Positions 30,426-40,610 are shown, counted from the stretch's first letter. The stretch is DNA of 64,000 bases from an uncultured Muribaculaceae bacterium (GCA_948665475.1 CAPNHY010000008.1:5928-69927); one strand, 5' to 3'. Translations and numbers: made by a program. Notes: generated by a model from the sequence alone, not told the origin.

Positions 30426-32525
30426 ATGAAATATAGATTATTAGCAACAATATTATGCGCCACAGCCACAATCGCGGCAAGGGCGCAGACCGAATCACCC
30501 GATAGTATCAAGACACAAGAACTTGACGAGGTGGTTGTCGAAGCCCAGATGCAGCGCACTAACGCTACATCTTCAACATATACCCCGACCACAAGGCAGA
30601 AATCGTCTGCGCAAAACGCCATTGACCTTTTGCGACAGCTCGCCATTCCGCAAGTCAACATCAATCTCGTTGACAATGCGGTTACGACACCGGGCGGACA
30701 GAATGTAGCGGTCTATATAAACTATATCCCTGCATCGGCGGAAGAAATCGAGGGCATTTTGACATCTGATGTGCGTCGTGTCGAATATCTCGATTTTCCT
30801 ACCGACCCTCGTTTTCAGGGCAACGAGCATGTAATCAATTTCATCATGCAGAAGTACGAATACGGCGGCTACACCAAAGCAACGGTAAATGAAAATTTCT
30901 TTGTAGGAAAACTGTCAAGCCGTGCTTCGATATATTCAAAGTTCGCATATAAGCGAATGACATATGATTTATACGCCGGTGCATCAAACCATGACATCAA
31001 ACATTCAGGTACGTCAACCATTGGGAACTATACTCTTGAAAACGCCGCCGGCGAACCTTACCTTATTACGCGAAACGAAATATTCGACAACTCTCATTTC
31101 AGGTATAACCAGTACCCCGTTACGTTCAGAGCCATTTACGATTCCGACAAAGTGCAGATAGCAAACACTGTCGGCTTTAACTTCGATCAGTCGCCGACGG
31201 CTGAAACTTCCGGCAAGCTGTCGTTTGTACCCCGACAGGCAGAAGACTACTCATATAGCAGATACGAGCCTTACACCAGCCGTTATATTATATGGTCTGG
31301 CAATTACTATTTCATTCTGCCCCGAAATTTCCATCTTAGCGTTTCGCCTGGCATAAATTACGGACACACCAACAACAATTACCGCTATCAGACTTCAGCC
31401 ACCGATGCCATAGTAAACGACTCCAGAGAAAATGTATGGCAGTTCAGGGGAAGCACCACTCTTTACAAGATATTCACAGACAGACAAAACGGCTTCTTCC
31501 GCGTTTATTACGGTTCCACATCCAATGATGTGAGCTATTTAGGCACATCTCCTTACGACAATGATTTCCTCGACACCTACGCCGGAGCCGCACTCGGTTA
31601 TAACTTCTCCAACAATCAATGGAATATAAGTGCTGATGTTTCCCTGCAATGGGAGAAGAACAAAATCAACGATCAGTCCGTTTCAGAGGTCTATCCTCTC
31701 GCGAATGTATCAGCCGGATTCTCTCCTTCACAGAAACATTCTTTCCGGGCATACTTCCATTTCGGCGCGAACTATCCCGGTGCAAGCGAGAAAACGCCGA
31801 ATATACTGCAACAGAACGAACTGATGTACTATACCGGAAACCCCGAAATCGGACTTTCCCGACAGGTTACGTTCAACCTGTCTTACAACTGGATGCCGTC
31901 TAACAAATTCTCGGCTACGGCTTTTGCCCAATACTTCGGAGAATATAACCTGTATGTGCCCGTTTACAAGCCATACAATGACGGTGCAGCTTTGCTTCGC
32001 ACTTTTGAGACCAACGGCGACTACAATCGCACTCAAATCGGAATGTCGTTTAATTACAAACTGTTGAACGGCAATTTGCAACTTGCCGCCTCACCCTCAA
32101 TTTCATTCTATCGCATGACCGGACTGTTTGACATTAGTCGAAGTCCGTTCACTTGCAACGCATCGGCTACTTATTATCTTGGTAATTTCTATTTTCAGGC
32201 ATCATATCAGACAAGAAACCTGACAGTGCAGGGCAACCGTGGAGTAATATATAAAGACCGTGATTTCTACCAGATACTCGCAGGATGGAGCAGGGCAAAC
32301 TGGAATATCAGGGTAAGCGCGATGAATCTTTTCCGCAGCGACTGGCTGTGCGCCACTAATATGTTATCCACTCCTTTATACTCAGAAACGCGCTTTGCCG
32401 ATGGAAACAATTTTCACCGCCGACTCAACCTGTCTGTTACTTATACATTCGGTTACGGCAAGAAAGTACAGCGCGGTAATGAAGTCGGAGAACAATCCGG
32501 CGCAAGTTCAGCAATTATGAAATAA
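30426..32525 (+). CDS. Outer membrane beta-barrel protein (TonB-dependent-receptor-like)
   Basis: Signal peptide, ELDEVVVEA, AIDLLRQL plug-like start, GNPEI, C-terminal VTYTFGYGKK. Confidence 0.75.
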   Translation: MKYRLLATILCATATIAARAQTESPDSIKTQELDEVVVEAQMQRTNATSSTYTPTTRQKSSAQNAIDLLRQLAIPQVNINLVDNAVTTPGGQNVAVYINYIPASAEEIEGILTSDVRRVEYLDFPTDPRFQGNEHVINFIMQKYEYGGYTKATVNENFFVGKLSSRASIYSKFAYKRMTYDLYAGASNHDIKHSGTSTIGNYTLENAAGEPYLITRNEIFDNSHFRYNQYPVTFRAIYDSDKVQIANTVGFNFDQSPTAETSGKLSFVPRQAEDYSYSRYEPYTSRYIIWSGNYYFILPRNFHLSVSPGINYGHTNNNYRYQTSATDAIVNDSRENVWQFRGSTTLYKIFTDRQNGFFRVYYGSTSNDVSYLGTSPYDNDFLDTYAGAALGYNFSNNQWNISADVSLQWEKNKINDQSVSEVYPLANVSAGFSPSQKHSFRAYFHFGANYPGASEKTPNILQQNELMYYTGNPEIGLSRQVTFNLSYNWMPSNKFSATAFAQYFGEYNLYVPVYKPYNDGAALLRTFETNGDYNRTQIGMSFNYKLLNGNLQLAASPSISFYRMTGLFDISRSPFTCNASATYYLGNFYFQASYQTRNLTVQGNRGVIYKDRDFYQILAGWSRANWNIRVSAMNLFRSDWLCATNMLSTPLYSETRFADGNNFHRRLNLSVTYTFGYGKKVQRGNEVGEQSGASSAIMK

Positions 32526-32543
32526 CCACAAACACCATTGAAC

Positions 32544-33026
32544 ATGAAGAAACTGCTTCTGTTTTTAATTCCTCTCCTTGCACTTACGTTCAGTGCCTGC
32601 GATGATGATACTCCAGACTATCCCGATACCAAACTCATCAAAGGGCAATGGCAATTAGTTGAGGACGGGAGCAATGAGAATCCTCTTATTTACCGTTTTA
32701 CTACCGACAACGAAAACACTTGGTCGTGGGGCGGACTCGTCACATATTACCTTTTGCCGGACGGAACAGCCGATTTCCATAAACGATATACATGGCACGT
32801 TTCAGACCCAGCGAATGAAGAAGACGAGAAGCCGCGTCTTGAACTCACCTGGTATGATGCGCCCGACAGTGATAATTTATGGGATGCCACGGAATATTAT
32901 ATCGTCGTAAAACTGACACCAACGGAAATGTGGCTGAAACGTTATCAGAACGGTTTGTCCGAAGAAATTAAGAAATTTATCCGCCGCGACGACCTGCCGG
33001 TTCCACCGATACATTTCGATAACTGA
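32544..33026 (+). CDS. Lipoprotein, lipocalin-like
   Basis: Lipobox FSAC-DDD; IKGQWQL; IVVKLTPTEMWL. Confidence 0.7.
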   Translation: MKKLLLFLIPLLALTFSACDDDTPDYPDTKLIKGQWQLVEDGSNENPLIYRFTTDNENTWSWGGLVTYYLLPDGTADFHKRYTWHVSDPANEEDEKPRLELTWYDAPDSDNLWDATEYYIVVKLTPTEMWLKRYQNGLSEEIKKFIRRDDLPVPPIHFDN

Positions 33027-33618
33027 TAAAGCAAGGCATACCGTATAGGAACCTCGGCAGCGAATGTCGGGGCTTCATTTCATGGCGATGTTACATGCAG
33101 CGTATGAGTTGATCTTGTAATCTCACCCCATGCGAGCTAACTGGCTCTATGAATTTGACCGTCCCATGTCTGGGCGGTCATTCCGTTTTTAAGCGGAAAT
33201 AACGGCAATCATCGACATTGCCGCATAAAGAGGGTTTCATAATTAATTGTATATGTTTTCTATACCAATGTCGCTAAAATATTGAACGGGTAAAACTGTT
33301 TTTACCATATTAACCGCATCCTTTTCATCACTTTTTGCATCGAAAAAACCTTTCTCGATGCAAAATTTCATGACCGATTTTTGAAAAGATCCACCTCTTT
33401 TCGGTCGATATATCGACCAACCGAAAGCATTTTTTAAGTCATCCGTCACCGTCGTTTTTGAATTTTTCCACGAAAATTCTTTCATAATCTCACAGCTTGC
33501 TGCCGCTTTTTGCGGTCTCTCCCGGTTTTCTGCTGAAAATCCGGGGTATTATGCTTCCCACGGTCGTTTTTCACCCCTTTCGGGGCTTAAACAGCCTTGT
33601 TTCCCGGCAAGCCGGAAG

Positions 33619-34725
33619 TCACCAGACGAAATCGGGATTGAAGCGGTAAGGCTTTCCTTTCCTGTCGCCTTCCTGTGTGACGACACGCTTGTTCTTCAGG
33701 CACTGGATTATGCCGCTGACATGATTCTCTCCGACCGACCGTCCGAGGATTTGTCCGTAAGCGGACCTGACCGCTTGGCGGAAGTCGGAGTAACCGTACT
33801 CCTTCGACCGGTCGATGAAGATTATGCCGAGAGCCTGGCGATGCTGCGCCTCTGTTACCGACGAGTATGCGTCGAACTTCCCGACGGCCGGTCGTCCCGT
33901 CTTCGGCTCGTCGAAGCTGTAGCCTCCGACAATCTCCGGCACGGCGATACTGTCGCCAACGATGCGGAAGGCAAACGGCGGGAACTCCGCCGCCCTCGTA
34001 TAAGCTGGACGGACAACGCTGATGTCCGCGTCGGTCTTGTCTTTCTCCACAAGCATGACCGTCTCGGCCTTGTTGGCAAGCTCCGTGCCGAGATGCCCGC
34101 GTGCGTTCTCGTCCGACTTGTTCTGATGAAGCACGGTGTGAAGATGGAACTGGTAAAGGTCGGTCCACTTCATCAGCAGCGAGATTACAGTTGTCGCTTC
34201 CATCGGGTTGTTGATGTCATGGAGCAGATCCCTCACGCCGTCGATGATGACAAGCCCGATGTCCGGCAATGATTCCATCGCCGCGTCGATGATGGCGATG
34301 CGCTCCTCCGGGGTGAACTGCCGGAGCGAGAGGAACACGAGCCGGGGATTGTCAATGTCGGGACTTTGCCCGGCAAGTCTGAGTATGCGTCTCATCTGGT
34401 TCTGGCAGTCGGTACGGCTCTGCTCCGTATCGACATACAGCACGGTCTGCCTGTCTGCAGGAAGCTCCACTTCGTATGCCAGTACATAGTCACCGCACAA
34501 TGCGGCGGCAGCCATTGCCGACACGTTGAAACTCTTTTTGCTTTTCGCCTTGCCAATGGACGCAGAAAAGTTTCCGAGCGTGCCAGCACGTACACCGTTC
34601 ACACGAAGCACGACCGGAGCATCAGCATAAGTCGTTTCGACACTGAGCCTCGCCTGCTGCCAGCCTTCCCCGTTCTCCTTGTCACAGGGAACTGCCGTGT
34701 TGTTCAGGTAACATTCACTGCTCAT
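33619..34725 (-). CDS. AAA/RecA-like ATPase of Bacteroidales mobile elements
   Basis: GKAKSKKS Walker A, YVDTEQS, IIDGVRDL, HQNK..ARGHLGTEL. Confidence 0.85.
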   Translation of the reverse strand: MSSECYLNNTAVPCDKENGEGWQQARLSVETTYADAPVVLRVNGVRAGTLGNFSASIGKAKSKKSFNVSAMAAAALCGDYVLAYEVELPADRQTVLYVDTEQSRTDCQNQMRRILRLAGQSPDIDNPRLVFLSLRQFTPEERIAIIDAAMESLPDIGLVIIDGVRDLLHDINNPMEATTVISLLMKWTDLYQFHLHTVLHQNKSDENARGHLGTELANKAETVMLVEKDKTDADISVVRPAYTRAAEFPPFAFRIVGDSIAVPEIVGGYSFDEPKTGRPAVGKFDAYSSVTEAQHRQALGIIFIDRSKEYGYSDFRQAVRSAYGQILGRSVGENHVSGIIQCLKNKRVVTQEGDRKGKPYRFNPDFVW

Positions 34726-35113
34726 CGTTTCTCCATGATTTAGATTTCGGCTTGCGACGGTTGGACTTCAGTATCTCCTTGTTCTGTTCCTCTGCGGTCA
34801 TCGGCACGGCAGTCTTGCGGTTGCACTCCAGCCATCTGTCAAGCTCGTCCTTATAGAGCACATATCGCTTGCCGGGCTTGGTCGCCGGAATCTCACCCTT
34901 GGCGAGTTTGTCATAAAGGGTGTTCTTGGGGAGCGTCAGATACTCCGCTGCCTCGTCCACGGTCATAGGCACGTGGCGGTCGGCTGGTTTGGTTTTCTCT
35001 TGCCGGTGGTGCATTTCATGCAACATCTGTTTGATGTCACCCACATCGCTGAGGATGCGTGTCACGGCTTTCGGAAGGTCGTTAAACGACAGTTCGTTGT
35101 CTGCGGTGTTCAT
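34715..35113 (-). CDS. Excisionase-like helix-turn-helix protein
   Basis: LSFNDLP start; MTVDEAAEYLTLPKNTLYDKLAKGEIP. Confidence 0.88.
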   Translation of the reverse strand: MNTADNELSFNDLPKAVTRILSDVGDIKQMLHEMHHRQEKTKPADRHVPMTVDEAAEYLTLPKNTLYDKLAKGEIPATKPGKRYVLYKDELDRWLECNRKTAVPMTAEEQNKEILKSNRRKPKSKSWRNDEQ

Positions 35114-35219
35114 TTCGTTTGATTTTAGTGATTGAAAATTCTGCCGCAAAGGAAAACCATTATGTAACGGTGAAGAAAATAACCGACAGCAATCAGGAAA
35201 TAACCGCATTTTAATCATA

Positions 35220-36095
35220 TCATGCCGATTCCGGTTGCTGCCCGGAGCTGCTTTCTGCTGTGTGATATCGAAAACCGAGGCTTCCGGGAAGCGGTCTGTC
35301 AAGAGGAATCCTGTCGGTTGAAGCTGTCTTAGTCATGTTCCGGAGTGACGGTATGTCAACTTTCGACAATGCCGATGCGAAAAGTCTCTTGGCAAAGCTG
35401 GCGCGGCATTCCCCGTCATAGCCGTTGTCCCTGCCGAGCCGTTCACCGATATTCCAGACGAAGTGGCAGAGGTCGTTGGTGCTCAGCCTTACCCGCAGTG
35501 CTATGTCAGAGGGCTTGTATTCCGGATTCAGGCACCAGCACTGTACTTCGTTGCACAGGCGTACTATGTCATCTTCCGATACAAAGGGCGACATGGCATG
35601 TCCGGCATACCCGATTATACTCTCGATCAGTCCTGCCTTTTCCGCTGCCTGACGCTGTTCGTATTCGAGGCAGATTTGACGGTAGTCGAACGGCATGATT
35701 GGTTCTGACGGTAACGGGGAAGTCTGTGGGTCTGGCTCCGGTTGTGGCTCTGGCTCGGATTCCGTATCGTCAGATGGCTCTGTAAGTTCAGGTGCATTAC
35801 CTTCTTCTGATGTGCAGACTCTTACAGCCTCTGCCGTTTCGTTCACTTTTAAGGAAGTTCTGATGCTGTCAAACAGATTGCCCGGCAAGGAGATAAAAAC
35901 GGTATAGTAACATAGCCACAACAGCATGTTGCAGCCGAGGAATGTGCCGGACTTGATCATTCCGTCCCCGCAGAACTCCGTGCCTATCTTGGCTGATACC
36001 ATAAGTGACACGGCGAGAATCGCCACACCGGGGAAGCCATAAAACAGGCAAAGGTCTCCTAAAGATGTTCTTGGCTGATAGTGTTTCTTATCCAT
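35220..36095 (-). CDS. Hypothetical membrane-anchored protein of the element
   Basis: Two N-terminal hydrophobic segments, Pro/Glu-rich linker, DLCHFVWNIGERL. Confidence 0.65.
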   Translation of the reverse strand: MDKKHYQPRTSLGDLCLFYGFPGVAILAVSLMVSAKIGTEFCGDGMIKSGTFLGCNMLLWLCYYTVFISLPGNLFDSIRTSLKVNETAEAVRVCTSEEGNAPELTEPSDDTESEPEPQPEPDPQTSPLPSEPIMPFDYRQICLEYEQRQAAEKAGLIESIIGYAGHAMSPFVSEDDIVRLCNEVQCWCLNPEYKPSDIALRVRLSTNDLCHFVWNIGERLGRDNGYDGECRASFAKRLFASALSKVDIPSLRNMTKTASTDRIPLDRPLPGSLGFRYHTAESSSGQQPESA

Positions 36096-36379
36096 CGTTA
36101 TTCAAGTTTTTGATTGTTTTTGAGCACAAATTTATACCACGACACCCGGTTGTTGTCGGTTGTCGGATGCCAAACAGCCTGATTTTAGGTTTAATTAAAA
36201 TAATACGCCGTTTTCATACTTGCTATCATACTCTGAACAAGATTTTTAAGTTACAAACAGACATGAAAAAAGCGGGGACATAATCCTCGCTTTTATTGAG
36301 TTCCCGACATCGTTTTAATAAACGACATATATATGCCCTCTGAATAAAATAAAACGATGGCAGGGATAAAATTATGGAC

Positions 36380-37519
36380 TTACGGAATCTGTGTTTCTGT
36401 GTCAGCCGTCGGTTTCAGCGTTATGCGGCTAACCGACAACCGTTTCTGCTCGTCTGCCATATCTGCGTAAATTTGAGTTGTTTCCACGTTCTTGTGCGCC
36501 AGCATCTTCTGCACCACGTATATGCTCGTTCCTGCCTCAACCTGCAACGAACCGAAGGTGTGCCGGCTCCCGTGGAACGTGATATTCTTGGTTATACCCG
36601 CATCCTTCAGCCAACGTCGTAGCGGAGCCTGTGTCATGTAGTCTTGAAAGCCGGAGAACACTGGTCCTGTGCCTCTCGGCCCGATAAGTTCAAGAGCCTC
36701 GTCGCTTATCGGGTTGTTCACAAGGTCTTTGGTCTTCTGCATGCGGATGGTGACATACATTCCACCGTTGCCGTATGGCTGTATGTTTTCCCATGTGAGA
36801 TTGCGGATGTCGCTCTTGCGCAGTCCCGTCAGGCAGGCGAAAAGAAACGCTTTCTTGAGGACAGGGATTTCGCAGGGTGTCTGCGCGAGCCGCACAAGTT
36901 CCTGCTGCGACAGGTGTTCCTTGACGGTCGGTATCGTGTCAATGCGGTCGAGAAAGCCGTTGGGGTTCTCCTTGATTTTACGGTCACGGTAAGCGGTATG
37001 CAGACAGGCTCGGAATGTCGACCAGTAGCCCGCCACGGAATTGATGTGCAGCGGCCTTTTGGTATGGAGGTACTGCCGGGCATTCAGCAAGTAGTCCATG
37101 AACCTGCGGCACAAGTCCACATCGACCTCGCCGAATGAGCATTTGCCGCCGGTGAATCTCTCGAAGTGCCTGTAAACGTGCTCCCACTTGGTGTTCTTCT
37201 TTGCGGCAAGCCCTCTGAAATATGCGAGGAAGTCGCCTTTCTCCTTTTCCTTGTCGAAGAAGTCGTAACGCTCGTTGACGATGCTCTCGTAGCGTCGGCA
37301 GCGCAACGCCTCGGCTTTCTCCGCCATACGGTCGTTGTAGTCTCTTTCACGCGCGTTCTTCGGCCTGGCATAGATGTAGATGCCGAGCGATTCGTGGCGC
37401 ATGACTTTCATCGTTGTCTCGTCACGGTAGCCGGGATAGTAATCCAGATAGTACGACAGCATCCTGCCGTCCTTGATTTTGCGTGTCCTCAGGGACACTG
37501 TCTTGCAGATATTGGTCAT
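36380..37519 (-). CDS. Site-specific tyrosine integrase
   Basis: TGLRKSD (R), TFHGSRHTF (HxxR), LAHKNVETTQIY (H, Y); N-terminal arm-binding region. Confidence 0.95.
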   Translation of the reverse strand: MTNICKTVSLRTRKIKDGRMLSYYLDYYPGYRDETTMKVMRHESLGIYIYARPKNARERDYNDRMAEKAEALRCRRYESIVNERYDFFDKEKEKGDFLAYFRGLAAKKNTKWEHVYRHFERFTGGKCSFGEVDVDLCRRFMDYLLNARQYLHTKRPLHINSVAGYWSTFRACLHTAYRDRKIKENPNGFLDRIDTIPTVKEHLSQQELVRLAQTPCEIPVLKKAFLFACLTGLRKSDIRNLTWENIQPYGNGGMYVTIRMQKTKDLVNNPISDEALELIGPRGTGPVFSGFQDYMTQAPLRRWLKDAGITKNITFHGSRHTFGSLQVEAGTSIYVVQKMLAHKNVETTQIYADMADEQKRLSVSRITLKPTADTETQIP

Positions 37520-37655
37520 CGCTGTAAATTTTTATGGGTTTGTAACTGTTGTCTGTTGTTGCCTCTTGTTCGGCAGTGCAAAGGAAAATCATTATCCGAC
37601 GGTGACAACCATAACCAACGGGCAATGGCATTATAACCGGATTTTCTCTGAGATA

Positions 37656-38585
37656 CTATAATCCGGCGACCTCTCGCTCCGCCATGACGCGCTCGACATC
37701 CTCGCGGACAAGCAGGTTGCGGACTCCGACCTTAACCTTGCCGATGCCTTTGACCTTTACGATATGGTGCAGGTTGGCTTTGCTCAGGCCGTATTTTCCG
37801 GCAGCTTCCTCAACAGTGACATACCTGTCATCTTCCATGAGGTCAGGACGGCGGTGTTCCTCTATGTGGCTTTTTGAATAATAGGCCGTACCGTGTTCCT
37901 TTTTGGTGGGGATGTGATGGCGGTAGGCATACGCGCGGATTGCGGATGCCTTCATGCCGAACTGCTCCTCCACTTCCGAAGTGGTCAGCCATTCGGTTAT
38001 GCCGGAAATGTCAGCCGCGACACCGAAGTGCGCGTCTATGTCCTGCTTGCTGTAATAGATGCGTCCCGCAATCCTGCAGGTGCGTATGCGGTAACGCTTC
38101 GCGCAGGTGTACAGCCAACCTTGCCCGATTTTGAAGGTCTCCATCACTTCCTCGCCTGTATAGTATTCCATCGGGCTGTTGTCCGCTTCCGGTGTCTTTC
38201 TTTTCGTAGAACTGGAACTACTCTTTGCCGTCCTTGCAACAGGCAGCACACGTTCGTACGGACTTGCCGCCAACAGGCTCTCTATGTCTGCACGGCGGAT
38301 GAGGGACATGCGGCCGCTCAGACGCGATGCCCTGAGCCGTCCTTGTCCGACGAGTTTATAAATGTACTGCCGTGTGCAACCCATCAGCAGGGCGGCCTTC
38401 GAAAAAGAAAGGTATTCCTGGTTCCGCAGGTCTATAAGCGGTTCGACCGCATTGATGAAATCGTTGCGGCGTTTCTTGCGGTTCTGTTTCGCCTGTTCCG
38501 CGCAGGTCTCGCAGCAGTAACGCTGGTTGCCGCTTCTGATGGCAAACACCTTGCCGCAGTTTTCACATTTCCGTTGGGTTCTCAT
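37656..38585 (-). CDS. Zn-finger plus multi-HTH DNA-binding protein
   Basis: CENC..YCCETC followed by several Xis/MerR-like HTH units. Confidence 0.8.
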   Translation of the reverse strand: MRTQRKCENCGKVFAIRSGNQRYCCETCAEQAKQNRKKRRNDFINAVEPLIDLRNQEYLSFSKAALLMGCTRQYIYKLVGQGRLRASRLSGRMSLIRRADIESLLAASPYERVLPVARTAKSSSSSTKRKTPEADNSPMEYYTGEEVMETFKIGQGWLYTCAKRYRIRTCRIAGRIYYSKQDIDAHFGVAADISGITEWLTTSEVEEQFGMKASAIRAYAYRHHIPTKKEHGTAYYSKSHIEEHRRPDLMEDDRYVTVEEAAGKYGLSKANLHHIVKVKGIGKVKVGVRNLLVREDVERVMAEREVAGL

Positions 38586-38938
38586 ACACGCATATTTTTG
38601 TGGTTCTACAATCAAATCCGTGTATTCCCGCCGCCTGTAAATCGAAGTCAACCGTTGACAACCATTGTCAACTCCGCCATACGAAATGACGGTTTTTGAG
38701 TCCGCTCATCCGTCACTGTAAACGACAGCCAACCATCGTAAACCGATGTAAACTATCCCCTATAAAATGACGAAAGCGGAAAGCCTAAGCTTCTCCGCGG
38801 TAGAAATACGTCACAAAAATATGCCTAAAAACGGGTATCTCCAAATACCACCCGCAAAAGTGTTAAAATAGGCAACATTCTAATAATCAGCGATATTATC
38901 CCCATTATTCCGTGTTGTTCATAGTCTTTCCCTATCCT

Positions 38939-40135
38939 CTAATTACAGTGATAGAACGCGCTCTCTCCGATAGAAGTGACGGAGTTGGGAATCGTCACGG
39001 AAGTCAGGCTGCTGCATTCACTGAACGCGCTACTTGCGATAGAAGTGACGGAGTTGGGAATGGTCACGGTTGTCAAGCTGCTGCAGCCACTGAACGCGCC
39101 TTCTCCGATCTCAGTCACGGAGTTGGGAATTGTCACGGATGTAAGGTTGATACAGCTACTGAACGCGCCATCTCCGATCTCAGTTACGGAGTTGGGAATT
39201 GTCGCAGAGGTCTTTGCACCAGGACAGCATATGAGACTTGTCGCATCCTTGTTATAAAGGATTCCATCTATAGATGAATATTTGGCATTCCCTGAATCAA
39301 CATTTATATTGTCTAAACTGGTGCAGCGACTGAACGCGTAACCTCCGATCTCAGTCACGGAGTTGGGAATGGTCACGGATGTCAGGCTGGTGCAGCGACT
39401 GAACGCGTAACCTCCGATCTCAGTCACGGAGTTGGGAATGGTCACGGATGTCAGGCTGGTGCAGCTACTGAACGCGCCATATCCGATAGAAGTTATGGAG
39501 TTGGGAATGGTCACGGAAGTCAGGCTGGTGCAGTCAAAGAACGCGTCATTTCCGATAGAAGTTACGGAGTTGGGAATGGTCACGGAAGTCAGGCTGGTGC
39601 AGCTACTGAACGCGCTAATTCCGATAGAAGTTACGGAGTTGGGAATGGTCACGGATGTCAGGCTGGTGCAGCTACTGAACGCGTAACCTCCGATAGAAGT
39701 TACGGAGTTGGGGATCGTCACGGAAGTCAGGCTGCGGCATTCACTGAACGCGCTACTTGCGATAGAAGTGACGGAGTTGGGAATCGTCACGGCTGTCAGG
39801 CTGGTGCAGTAAAAGAACGCGTCATTTCCGATAGAAGTTACGGAGTTGGGAATCGTCACGGAAATCAGGCTATAGCAATGAACGAACGCGTTCTCTCCGA
39901 TAGAAGTGACGGTATACGTCTTGGATTTGTGAATCAACTTTCGAGGAATTTCTATGTTCCCTGAAACATAATGCCCGTTATTGTTTTTGCTATAGTATGT
40001 TAGTTCAACGGTTCGGTCTTCTTCCGACAGAATGTTGTAACACAACCCGTCTGACCTAAAGTCGTAGGCGGATGCGGAGAGGGATGCACATAGGACCGCT
40101 ATGAACATCCAAAGTTTTTGAATGAGTGATTTCAT
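38939..40135 (-). CDS. BspA/TpLRR leucine-rich-repeat surface protein, N-terminal part (truncated)
   Basis: Signal peptide, YDF..DGLCYNIL cap, 23-aa TSIGxxAFxxCTSLTSVTIPNSV repeats; stops mid-repeat. Confidence 0.9.
   Translation of the reverse strand: MKSLIQKLWMFIAVLCASLSASAYDFRSDGLCYNILSEEDRTVELTYYSKNNNGHYVSGNIEIPRKLIHKSKTYTVTSIGENAFVHCYSLISVTIPNSVTSIGNDAFFYCTSLTAVTIPNSVTSIASSAFSECRSLTSVTIPNSVTSIGGYAFSSCTSLTSVTIPNSVTSIGISAFSSCTSLTSVTIPNSVTSIGNDAFFDCTSLTSVTIPNSITSIGYGAFSSCTSLTSVTIPNSVTEIGGYAFSRCTSLTSVTIPNSVTEIGGYAFSRCTSLDNINVDSGNAKYSSIDGILYNKDATSLICCPGAKTSATIPNSVTEIGDGAFSSCINLTSVTIPNSVTEIGEGAFSGCSSLTTVTIPNSVTSIASSAFSECSSLTSVTIPNSVTSIGESAFYHCN
38950..39910 (-). repeat. 69-bp coding tandem repeats (about 9 + 3-4 units)
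   Basis: Recurring GGAGTTGGGAATnGTCACGG and GAACGCG at 69-bp spacing. Confidence 0.92.
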
Positions 40136-40139
40136 GTCT

Positions 40140-40559
40140 TTATCTATGGAAGATTAATGTTGTAGTGTTATATCCTTGATATCCTTGATGCCATGGGCGA
40201 ATTACACGATCTGCAAGATTGCACGCAATCTTTTCAGAAGTATCATTGTTTACGTAAACATAGATGGATTCGATTTCGTTGGATTTTGTTAGAATGGCTA
40301 ATACTTCCTGCCAAAATTCATCTCCATCATTCACTTTCTTTTCAGGATCAATAATTTCAAGGAGGATCTTTCCATTGAACTGGACTGCTAATTTTACATC
40401 ATCAGCTTCCATAAAATTAGCTTCAAGCAATTCCTTTGTTTGAGCGAGTGCCCATTTTGAGTTGGCAGACTTCTGTGCTGACACTTGAGGCTTTTCGAAT
40501 GGATGAAGAACCCATTGGACATAGAGCGTAACAGATGTAGGTGTTTCTATTTTAGGCAT
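40140..40559 (-). CDS. Hypothetical protein upstream of the LRR gene
   Basis: 139-aa AT-rich ORF ending 4 bp before the LRR start. Confidence 0.6.
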   Translation of the reverse strand: MPKIETPTSVTLYVQWVLHPFEKPQVSAQKSANSKWALAQTKELLEANFMEADDVKLAVQFNGKILLEIIDPEKKVNDGDEFWQEVLAILTKSNEIESIYVYVNNDTSEKIACNLADRVIRPWHQGYQGYNTTTLIFHR

Positions 40560-40610
40560 ATTTTCAGGTTGCCGCGGTCATCCCCTCGTTGGCGTCTGTT
40601 GTTGTACGAA

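Larger units (their letters stand above)
27185..38941. mobile_element. Integrative element (tyrosine integrase, HTH proteins, AAA ATPase, cargo) lying between two LRR gene fragments
   Basis: Integrase module at the right end; both ends abut truncated LRR coding sequence; ends approximate. Confidence 0.75.

Noticed and set aside
33243..33485. 80-aa ORF downstream of the AAA ATPase
   Set aside because: No recognisable motif; AT-rich region that may be non-coding or decayed
38950..39910. Regularly spaced repeats as a CRISPR array or DGR template/variable pair
   Set aside because: Units are 69 bp, in frame and encode LRRs; no cas or reverse transcriptase gene in the window
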